Positions 1-12,000 of a stretch of 35,972 nt of DNA are shown one piece after another. The position numbers were made by a program, and so were the translations under genes. Every line of letters begins with the position of its first letter. Position 1 is the stretch's first letter. Below the pieces are notes generated by a model. It searched no databases. It was not told the origin of the DNA and was given only the letters and a program-made list of their open reading frames with translations. This DNA is from Candidatus Omnitrophota bacterium (lineage in GTDB: Bacteria > Omnitrophota > Gorgyraeia > Zapsychrales > JBDRMG01), in assembly GCA_043812495.1 (NCBI GenBank), contig JBDRMG010000063.1:1-35972 (forward strand). The letters run 5' to 3'.

Positions 1-2
1 CT

Positions 3-3000
3 TCGTTTCATGTTTGAGCTTCGTAGAGTTCTACTTTCGCCTTTCCGCCCAAAATCTTTGATTTTGGGCGAGATCTCGCCCTGCTTTGCAGGGCGGACAT
101 CCCCGTGGCAAGCCACGGGGTATTCGGCGAAGTAGAATAAACTCTTTGTGATATAGACAGGACTATAATCTCTCTGAGATATCAATTTTTGAGCATTTCC
201 TGCAACAGTCATGGGCATAAATCTAATCAAAAGAAGACATCCATTCGATAATTCAATTTTTGTTATTGAGCCATCTGTCTTAACAGGTTGTGGTTGATCT
301 ATGAGTGCTTGTGCTTTTAAGGTTTCCATGAGTATCAGAAGACTATCATCATTTTTAAAATTTGTTAATTGCACTAAAACCTTTTGATGCTCAGGAAAGG
401 TCTTGCGCTCTGCCCAGATGAAGTTCATTATACAATCCACCGTTATTCCTGCCTCCCGATGCCCTTTGTCCCAACTGACAATAAAATTAGTTGCTCCTTG
501 AACCATTCGATTGCCCATAGCTCTTTTCGTTTGACGAAGAATATCTTCTGCGTTCTGAGAACTATCCGCAAATGCACAATTCGTAATGATGTTTCGTACA
601 GTCAAGTAACGTGATGCCCGCACGCCACCTAAGACGCCAAAGATAAATGGCTTATGATAAAAGGTCTCTCCGATGCAGAAGGACAAACGATGTACCCCCA
701 ATTGATCCGCATCTTTCAACATCGAGAGAACTTTGGGTATATTTCGCGTTAGATAGGCACAAAATGATTCTGCTTGCAAGCAATGAATACAGCCTTGACC
801 GCACAGATCAGGACCCATCAATAAAACTCTTGGCTGATAAACAGGTCCCGTTATATATTCGGCATTGGCCAGTCTTATTGGGCGCAAAGGAGAATCTCTC
901 AATTGGACTAATCCAAAAACCGCCGGCAGACTCAAACCGGCCAAAAGATGGGCGATATCCCCGAGCATCTCCGCGCCCGAAAGAAGCGCGCAGCTGAGAG
1001 TTACCTCTTCTTTCGATTTGTCAGCGCGTTTCTGTCTCTTGAGACTATGGTAACGCTCCTTTCTAATTTGATTCTCTTTTCTAAGCTCTTCTCCGATAAT
1101 ATCTAATACGTCATAACTTAAAACGAAACCTGCAAGATCCACCTCGCCTAAAGCACTTAGCCAACCCACCAGGACTCTTTTCTGCTCAGGTTCAAGCCTA
1201 TCCGTTCGACGAATGATGTTAAGTAATACTTCCTTAGCATGAAAATCCCCTGATGGATCGGATGGCCTCCATCCAAACGTTTTAGAATACTCCCGGGTCA
1301 AAGATTCCGACTGTAGTAATTCCACATACATATTTTTATAAAGCGCCTGTCTTATATATGGATAAAATGGTCCGTGTTCTTGTTTTCGATAAAGCAATGT
1401 ATACCGAATAAGGGTATTTTTAGCCAATTTCTCCATTAATCCTTGATGCGTTGTCGGTCTTAGTTCATAAAACTCTTCTACGCATTCATCGATAAGACTT
1501 GTCAATAAACGAATGACGAAACCAACGGCTGCTGCATTCGGTTTTTTCATTTCCTGAATAAGTTTTATGAAATTATCATTCTGGATATACTGAGGATTTT
1601 GCCCAAGCAGATCCCCAAACTTTTTCAAGCGATTTTCATTGGCTGTATGCACCAGAGCATCATTAATGAATAATTTGTAAAGACACAAGTCTTTTGCTTT
1701 CCCTAAGGTGCTTGCGTGACCTAGAACCGGCGCACGGCCGCCTTTCGGATCATGGACAAGACCATAGATCACGTAATCATCACGATATTCTGACTCAAAA
1801 ACAACAACGCGCGGACACATCGGTTTAAAAAGTTCTGAAGAAATATCATAAAAGGTCAGCGGCTTGAGTTCTCCAAAATTCACTCCGGCAACATAAAGAT
1901 TTTCTGAGGATGGGGCAGGGAGTCTTACACAAAGAGAGCCGGCATGGTTTAATCCATTTCGATACTGTGAAAGAAAGCGAACCATCGCCTGTCTTTCAGG
2001 GATTTCCTCAATCTTCTTTTGCAGTTTTTCTTTGGCCTCTTTGAGTGTCTGGCCGCTTGCGAGAGTAGGACAATGCTTATCTTTGGTCTTTGGCACACCC
2101 ACGGTATCATAAATCACGACATGCCTTTTTCCGACAGCCGAGAATATCAAGACATAGCGCATAAGATCTTCGTTGAACTCAAACCAAATTTCATAAATTG
2201 TGTCCGCCAGGAGATGACCAAAGATAAGATGTCTATTTTTCCGAGGAGATATCCTTATTTTGCCTCCCTTCTTATTTTTACTTTTTGTGCTTACAAGAAA
2301 GACTCTCATAAAATCTGCCCCAGGCTCAAAGCCTTCAGCTTGTCCCCACTTCATTCGATAAAACTTCTCAAAAATCAATCGGCCCTTGGCTTCAAGAAGC
2401 GTTCTTCCTCTAGATAATGGATAGACTTCACGCGGCTTTCCCTTGGATGGTCTTGAAGGGATTGGATATAAAATATAGTCCTCTTCATTCTCGGACGTAA
2501 AAAGAAAAACATCCTTCTGCAGTTCTTCGACATGATGTAAAGATATCCAGTACCACGCATCTTCCACTAAACACTTGAATATAACTCTTTGATTTGGTTT
2601 CGGTATTACCGCTTTATAAGCTTCTTTCTTCGCTCTCGATTTCTTAGCAGAACGAAGGCCGGGTCTGGTGCATGTTTCTAGATAATTTTTAAAGACCTCG
2701 TGACCTTTGGACCAGCGGATATTTGAAGATCGCTTTAAGCTAAGATCAGATCTGGCTTCATCAAGCGTTTCCCCGTTCGCAAGAATAGGCACAATATTTT
2801 CTCCATCTGGGGGTTCACCGATCAACTCATAAATAATTACGTGTTTTTTGCCTTTTGCCGTAAAAATGAGAATATATCCGTTGAGATCTCTATTAAATTC
2901 GGATGAAACGATATAGGTTGTCTTTGCCAGAAGCTGCCGAAAGAGGAGGTATTTCTTCCTCGATGGGCTAATGAAAATACTCACTAAATGACGGTTCTTC

Positions 3001-6000
3001 GAGGCTTCTTGAGTTGTTATCTCAGTTTTAAGATTTCTTTCGAGTTTCATAAACTCTTCAGACTTATACCAATACATTCTATGGTATTCGTTGAGGGATT
3101 CACGTCTGCCAGTTTTTTGATCAGAGACCTTGCATCCGTTGACTGCTTTCACCCTCCCCGCCAAAGGCAGAAAGGCCATCGCAAGAATTAGAGGATGACC
3201 GGATGCACTTTGGTGAGTTAAAATAAATGCGGCTATCGCCAGCAAGGCTATGACAATAACACCAATAATAAACCATCTCTTGGATGCTTTTTGGGGACGG
3301 ACTGCTGGTTTTTCGCGTTTCTCTTGAACAGGTTGTTTCTTATCAGATTCTTTTTGTTTTTGAGGAATGTCGTTCTCTTTGGAGGCTGCCGACTTCATTT
3401 CCCTTAAGACCTGAAGGCGCCCTTTGACAGCACTAAGTCTTCTGTGAAATTCATCAAGTGGCTCTTTGATGTTTTTCTCTGATAAGGAAAGCTGCCGATT
3501 TCCCAAAGCATTGCGCGCTTTTAAGTCTTGCCAAGCGCCTTGAGCTGCTTGGACCAAGGCGACTGCTTTTTGCACGGCCTCCTGTAATTTTGTATCATGA
3601 CCAAATCCGGACTCTTCAATGTGCTGGAAGACCACGTCCATTTCCAACTCGGGTGATTTTGGCCCTTTGGTCTTTCTTTTCTTTTTCTTATAATCCGGCC
3701 GGCCGCCTTTATCGGAAGAATCCTTCATCAGTCCCACCAAGGGCACGAAGGCGGGACCAAAGACGTTGATGTGATGTAATCCGGGAAGTAAGGTGTTTAG
3801 CGCGGATAAGGAAATAAGCAGAATGAACGTCGAGAGCAGGAAGGTGAATAATCCGTAACGCCGATAAAGCGATCTATATAGGTGATCCGGGGCGCGGATG
3901 GTTGAGTCTCCAGTCATGGGTTCTGCTGTTTCCTTCTCTTCGACTCTATACAATATCCACACATGACGATCGTCTTTTCCTTTTTCCACCGGAATAAATT
4001 CATAAGGATTCTCTTCCTGGAATTTCTTGAGCGGATAGCGGATAGCAGATGGATCATTTTTACCTATACGCTCTACGCTAAACGCTAAACGCTCAAAAAT
4101 GGCGGATAGCGGATAGCGGATAGCGTATCGTTGATAATTAGGGACGTCTTTCATTCTGATCCCAAGGGTGTCCCCATAAGCTCGCCTAAGGGACAGGCTT
4201 AGGTTACGGATGAAGGACGTCCCTGATTTCGCTACTTTAATTTTACATACGATATACGGCATGCTACCTACCAGTACAGCAACAAGGAACACCGCCATCG
4301 CCCATGAATCAACATATAGTAAGATAATATTGAATCTTGCTTTCTGTGAACCTGGTTTTGGAGTCTTTGTCCATTTGAGCGTCTTATATCTGATCGCTTC
4401 TCTATACTGAATGGTATGTGCTATTCTAGAAAGAGTTCTTAAGGTTAATATTCCGATTTGGAATCTAAAGAATCGCTCTATTTGATAAACCAATAAGACA
4501 TTCGACGGATATCTTGCTTTTTCCATTCTGCACATCGTTGTCGGGGAAACGCCGATAATTCTAGCGAATTTGCTTTGACTGTAGCCATGGACGGTTCTTA
4601 ATATCTCAATTCTTTGTCCGACATGACCGTTAGTATGGTCAAGGGCTTCGCCCAAAGAATAACCCGTTAAGATCAAGGACGGTTTGACTTTTAAGATCCT
4701 GGCTAATTCGACGATTTTCTTAGCCGAAGGAGTATACTTATTCAGCTCCAATTCGTTGAAGCTCTGGAAAGCGGCATATTTATTTAAGATCCGTGAAACA
4801 TCTTTTTGTTTAAGGCCATTGATGATTCTTAACATCCTTATTCTTTTGCCTATGGATGCGCTACGGGCCAAGGCTTCCAAGAGAGGATATCCTTCCAGGA
4901 TTAAGCAGGGTTCGATCTGAAGTTCTTCGCATAACTCAACAAATTCCTGAGGCGATGGTGCTCGTTCATCATATTCCCAGCTAATGATTTTCCGAACCAT
5001 CGTACGTATTTCCCGAGAGCTTTTGCATAAGCGTTTAGCTAGTTCTTCTTGAGATAAACCGCGAACCTCTCTTGCTAATCTTAATCTTTGGCCCCTCGTT
5101 TTGTAGCGAGGCATGGCCATGGCTTCCGCAAGAGAACATCCAACCCAGATAAACGAAGGCTTGATATCCAGCGCTCGGCTCAGCTTAACAAGTGTTCTAA
5201 GAGCTGGGCGATGTTTGCCGTTTTCTAAATAACCGATGGCCGCCAAGCTGATATGCGCGCGCCAGGCCAGTACCTCCTGCGTTAGCCCAGATGCTTTCCT
5301 ATATTTCTTAATCTGCCGACCAATGAGAACCGCATTCTTTCGCCTTGCCTGTACCACAGTCATCAGGCCAAGACCGGCGAAAATGGCGATAAGGGTCATG
5401 GGATCGGCGGCCTGAAGGCTGAGGAATTCTAAGCCCGGGATGATGCCATTGACCTGCTCGGAATCTTCGGAAGGATCGATTTTTTCTCTCTCTATAACGC
5501 GATTTTTGATGAGATCGGTAAGTTTTGTTCTATTTTCTTCGAGCTTCGATTGATTGGCTAAATCAAGGCTAAAATACTCGAGGCGATCTCTAAAGTAAAA
5601 GAGCAGATAGCCATTTCGAATCAAAAAGAAGTTCATCAAAAACCATCCTAGCCGATGATGCCCTTCTGCCGTCGAATAAACGTGCTGCTGATCGCCTCCC
5701 TCCCCGATGAGCTTAAACCCTTCCTGACCGACAAGAACACGATGATATATGGTAAATAGATAAATCTCGACGGCATTTTCTAGAACTTTTTTGGGCGTTA
5801 TACAAATTGCGTTTGTTAATTTTAATAATTCAAATATCAGGGTCTTATAGAAGAATTCGCCCTTACCTAAAGTCAATCTTTGCTCGCGTTGATCTGAGTC
5901 CGTGTACTCTGGGTTATGGCGATCTCCTCGGTAGAGTTCGATTAAGTCGACAATCTGCGGCCATAGGATGGGTCGAATATCACCGTTTTCATTTTGCCCA

Positions 6001-9000
6001 ATGACTTTTTCGTTAAAATACTGAACGGCTTCAACAAAATTCGGATGCTGATTGAAAATTCTTTCTGGATCAAGCATGAGATGATCGGAATCGTCCATGC
6101 TTTTATCGTCTGATTTATGCATTGTGTTCGCAATCCTCTTTGCAGAATAACAAGATATCACAAAAATAATAATCGTAATAACGACACAAGCAGCCACTCC
6201 GATGAGCGTTGATGTCATGTCCCCTTTGGGGACCGCAATGCCGCCATGCAATGCGATGAAGTCAATCACAAGCATAGTAATAAAGATAACTGCTTTTAGA
6301 GCTCCTATTGATTTCATTTTCTGTAAAAGCAACATAACACCAACAACGTTTAGCATCAAAAGTGAGAACAGTTTCACAACATCTTGTATATTGATCAACT
6401 GTTCATGTCTTGTGAGTTCGGATCCTGCCAATGCCCCTTGCGCCTGGAGCAGGTCAGCCATGATACTAATCGCAGCCCACCAAAACGCGATGTGACGGAT
6501 GAATCTAAAGAATTTTTGCGTTGGTGTTTTGACGGCCTCTTGAGGCGCATGGAGATGTCTGAAGTAATGCGCGGTCACAAGAGCCCAGCCGATCAAAAGG
6601 CAAACGGCAATCAACTGCATATCTGAGGGGGCGAGGCAGTTTTGGCTGCTCGATCCCGAAATAGTATCTTTGTTCTCGTTTGCTTGATTCAGCAATCCCC
6701 GTTTGATTGCCACGCCCAATTCAATCACTTCGCCGGAAGGGAAGATAATGTACCACTTATCGGCAACATAGTAATATATAGGCTCAAAGTCAATCATGGG
6801 GACAAACGGATCCAGTAAGAATCCGAGCGGACAATTGAGAACATTTGAATTTCCGTAAATGGCTTTGATGTTAACTTGGCCTAGGCTGCCTCCTTCCGGA
6901 TTGCAAACAGATAAAAATAGGCACGGAATTGGATATTTTGCCGATATTTCGTTGACAGTCTCATCAAGATTTTCTCCATTACTTCTTAATTTAAGGCGAC
7001 CATCTTGAGTTTTTCCATGATCGGAGAAAATGTGCCGGGCGCTGGAAAGGATGCCGCAGGTCGAACTTATATCATTTGTGTTTTGCGCATAAAGAGAAGG
7101 GTCGAAAACAAAGAAGGCTAAAATGAAAGCCGCCCCAACTATCCATCGATTGCTTGAGGAATGCTGTCCCATCGGATAAGAGCTCTCTTCTTCATGGAGA
7201 TTAGGGACGTCCTTTGCCCCTATCGGAAGCCTGTCCCCTCGGAAATTGATCGGGGACACGCTTGATTTGCGGGCGAAGGACGTCCCTAATTTATTGCTTC
7301 TACTGAGAAATTTGAGAAAAGTCGACGCACCAGCCCAAAGGAGATTTATTGCAGAATACAAAAGCCGCCATACCCATAAGAACGGTCTCACCCGGCTTCC
7401 CTCGGAAGGAATTGTTGAAGCCGGGATGCCGACCTCCACTGAATTTCTCGAGAAAAGTCGGCACACCATTTCGGCACTTCTCGATATGAAATTGTGGAAG
7501 TCGAAATCCCGGTTTCCTCTATTAAACGTATTAAGGAAAACCGGGACCACGGAAAGGAATTTTATTAAAGAAGACGGTCGCCAGACCGGGCAGAGCGTTC
7601 CCCCACCAGCCACGGAAAGGTAGGAATGCTCCTTTAAATGAGCCCGGTCTGGCGACCTTATTGGTTGTTTCGTGGCCTTACCATTATTGTAATCATTCCC
7701 AACGCGATTGAGAAAGATTTTTACAACTTTTTGCCGCAGTATCTTAGAAACAAGAAAACTGATCATCATCACGGTGATGAAAATAGGTATCCACTTGCTT
7801 ATAAGCGTATTCAAGTCATTGATGGACACGGCAGACATGAAGAGTAAAATATTATGCACTTTGAAATTCTCTAAAGAAGGCTTTTGCGCTCGCAGGCCGA
7901 TCATAAAGGTTGTCTCTTTGGGCAGGTGATCGACCTCAAAAATTCCACCCTGATTTTCGATCATCTGACGCACAAGTGAAACATCTCCTGATCTCGATTT
8001 CATCATGTCTTGCGCGCAAGCTTTGAATTCGATCAGCAGATCTTGATCTTGACTGTCATATGTTGTTTCGATTCTTAAAATGGGCCAGGGACCGGCGAAT
8101 TTGAAATGATTTGAGCTGATAATAAACAGATTGAGAAACACGCGTAGTAAGGAACTATGGGAAGCAATCACCGGTGGAGCCTTATTCTGCACGACGCGTG
8201 CCAGACGGATATGCCTAACCATGTAACGGTGTTTGATTAACTGAACGGCTTGGTCCATGATATTGTCGATATCGACTAATCGTCGATCCATAACCGTTTG
8301 CCGTTCCGGCTGTAATTGGCTAATGACGGCTTTAGCTGACGCCGCCATATGGGAGAGCTGCTTATCTTCGTCTTGAATGAATGCGCCGAGAGCGTCCAAA
8401 GAAGTGTCGACAAAATAATGAATCAATAGGAATGTTTCGGTCGGATTTGGCCGGTCGATATCAACCGATAATGTGCGCAGGCGATACACCTGATCTTCTT
8501 TATCGCGCGTTTTTGTTCTTTCGCTTAATGCCTGATCATCCGCAACGTTGTGTAAATATTCGGCCATCAGAGAAAGAATAGCGCGATAATCCCGGATGAT
8601 CGCCGGCCACTGTTCGGCCAATTTTTGCGCCCTTAAGGCCATCGGCTCTATACAGGTTTTCTTAAAGGGTGCGAATAAATTCCGTGTTTCATAACCGGCC
8701 AGCCGGAAGCCTTGGGCAAGGTCTTCAAAACTCAATAATTCTTGTGCGTCCATAAGCCCAAGCAAACAGACCAAGGCTGTTTTGCGAACAAGTGTCAACT
8801 CACCAGCGCGGACCATAGCCAAATTCGTATTCTTGGCAAACAACCGGTGACAAAGAGTAGCCTTGGGCGCGGCCATGATCCCTTCGAAGATATTTGCCGC
8901 GCCCAAAACGATAACATCGCTTTCGTACTCGTTGATTCTTCTGATTGTATCGGCGATGATCTTTTGCTCTTCGGTATGCTTGGTCTGATACCCTTGCGCG

Positions 9001-12000
9001 TTAAAGGCACGGGATAAATCCTCAAAGCTATTAAGCTCAGTCGTATCCATTCTCCTTGCCAATTCGATAAAGTAATATTTACGGATAAGGACAATGTTGT
9101 TGATGTGTGTTTCGATCATAGCAAGCTTGGGACTCTCATAAAAATCAAGTTCAAAGCGTCTTTGAACCAAGCGCGCAAAGCCTTCATGGATTGCCTCTTG
9201 AGGTGTAATAAGGATAAAATCATCGACAAGCGCGTAAAGTCTTTGAACAGTCGTTAAGACCTGTTCGCCTCTTGAACCCTGTTGAATTTCTTTTGCGATT
9301 TCATAAACAGTCGGACCTTCAATGTCTTGTTTTAATGCTTCCCTTATATTCTCAATGGCTTCTTTCTCACCCGATGTGTCTTGAGTTAAATACGGCCTTG
9401 TTCGGCTGGCCCCCATACTCAAAGCCACAATACCCATAATAGCAAAACCCCACCAGGCATCAGAGATACGGGTGAAGTGATGAACAGCCATCATCATAAA
9501 CAATGAATAAATAAGCGTCCCCCATAGAGGTCTGTTCTTAAAGAATGATGCTGATCGAATAATATTTTTTCTTTTCAAGGATTCGAAATAACCTATAAGC
9601 ATGCCCAACGCTGTCCCAAGGGCTACTAACAAGCCGCCAAAACCGCTATAGGCGATGGACGCTAAAGCAATCGTGAAAATGATTCCAACCGTCGGAATCT
9701 CCCAATCTTTCTTGAACTTAAGACGAGCGAATAGGCTGACAACCATACTCACCGATAATACTGCCATAGCCCCGATAAGACTTTGGATCGCCATCGTCCC
9801 GAGAGACGGCGCGATACCTTGCACAAAGGAATCCCAGCCAAGTCCATAGAGCACTTTCGAAAACACCTCCAAAATCGCAGGCAGCATAACCAATACAGCA
9901 CTGAGGGCCATCAATACGATCTCCGGCGACAATGTCGAAAATATCTCCGGCCAGGCCATGACCATTTTGAGCGATGTTCCTTTAGGGGGATCTTTTTTGA
10001 AATCAAATACGGTCCCGATGATTTCGGAAATCGCCTCAAGCGCTTCTTTCGAATCATTGCCTCGTCGGGTGCGGACTTTAACTTTATGGCCTTCTTCAGC
10101 CGCTAACGCCATTACTAATAACATGCTTTTGGCGTTGGCTTTTTGTTTGCTATCCAAGTTTAGTAATTCAATTTCGCATAAAAATCTAACAGCTTTACAG
10201 ACAACAGCGGAACAGGGCCGGGCATGGAGACCGTACGGATCCATCACTTCGACCTCTCTTTCATAATCCCACTTGCCCTCCTTGTCATCGTCCTGCCTGA
10301 CGGCAGCCAAAAATACGAACAACAGCGCGACCAACACGGCAATAATCAGGGAGGCATTCAGGGCCATCCCCTCTGTTCCCGTTGACAAAATGGCGTTAGC
10401 GGCCGAATCTGTATTTTGTCGCGGCTCTTCCTCAACGGGGATATGGACCGTAAAGGTTGCTCCGGCGCCGGGCGTGCTTTCAACGGTAATGTTCCCGCCC
10501 ATGGCGCGGACAAGGCGCCTGACGCAAGGAAGACCCAGGCCCGTGCCTCCTTTTCTTGTGGTGAACCCGTCTTCGAAAATCTTCTCGAGATGCTCCAGGG
10601 CAATCCCCGGGCCGTTATCTTCAATGTCCACGCGGATATACGGCTTACCATCCAGCATTTCTTCCCCCGCCCTGATTCTGATCAGATCACGGGTAAATAC
10701 CTTGGCATTGAAAAGAAGGTTTAAGAAAAGGTACACGATGGCTGTGCGATTGACTAAAACCACAGGGAAGGTTGAGGGAAATTCTTTTTGGATGGTAATT
10801 CTTTTATCGCACGTTGCGAACATAAGTTTTAACAATAAATCTATATATACCGGAAAATCGATCTTCTCGATGACAGGTTTCTTTCCAATATCCAAATCGT
10901 CAAACACAGGCGCCAAACTCTCTAATCTTATTATTTCTTCTTCTAGTAAAGAACAGTTATGTTTTATTCTTTCATGCATGCGGTCTTCTGGAACAAATCC
11001 TTTCGCTTTAATTTCTAGACCTATTTTCTCTTTTTTATCGAGAACTTCTCGGAGAAAAAGAATTGTCTGATGATTAGCGTCTTTTGTTTTCTTGAAGTCA
11101 TTAGATTTCCTGGCTTCCCGCCAAAATGCAGTCAAAATATAAACTTTATTCTCGATTTCATCTTTATCTTTTTGGCTTGCAAGATTTCCAGCGATCTGCA
11201 TGGCATCTTGAAGCTGAATATCATAGAGATGTCCCAGCATGTGCATGAAATCCATATCTTTAATGAACGAGTTGATGTCCTCCGGTCTCAGGGGATGATT
11301 TTCTTTGAGACTTTCCTTTCCCTCATTCTGCTTGACGAACAAAAGCGGCGCCACGAGGCATATCAAAGCCGCAAGCGCAAAGAAGATGCCCGGAGTATCC
11401 ACTCCTATCAAGCCGGCAAGGCCATACTGGATTGACAAGGCCTCCGGCTCGATACCGATACTCGACGAATATTCTGTCCTGTAATTAACGGGCTTGGCAT
11501 TGACAGTTGTTAGGCTGTATGGTATGCTTCTGGTGAAAAACCATACCGGCAAAAGTCCATGACCAAAGTCTCTAAATCCATACGCTTGAGCGCCCACGCC
11601 AAGATGCAAAGTCTTGCCAGGGGCGCAAGTGAAAGCGAAATCATCGATGCCATCAAAACTTCCGCATGGGAAAACTCCGAGCTTAGCAAAATGGAGTGTC
11701 GTAAGGATTTTGTTTTTGGCAAAATATGGCATAACAAAACCTATGGAACCAAGCAGGTCCGGCCTATTTTTGTCGAAGAGAAGCAGGAAATTGTCGTTGT
11801 CACTGTTTATGTGTATTATTTTTAACCCGGAGGAACAATGCGTATAACCTATGATCACGAAGTCGATGCCCTTTATATCATGTTTACGGAGACCAAAGTG
11901 GTCACCAAGCATATCGCCGAAGGCATCAACGCGGATTATGATTCCGGCGGAAAACTTGCCGGTCTCGAAGTCCTGGATGCCGTCAAACGGCTCAGCGACA

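Noticed and set aside
7391..7657. tRNA or known riboswitch
   Set aside because: No cloverleaf or TTCGA arm in the right context and no riboswitch consensus that I recognise. Kept only as an unclassified structured element.
10273..11070. 265 aa + strand ORF
   Set aside because: Antisense shadow of the HATPase_c domain. It is Ser-rich with no family features, and the minus strand carries all kinase boxes.
11432..11462. Second TTGACA upstream of the TA promoter
   Set aside because: No acceptable -10 hexamer at 16-18 nt spacing.
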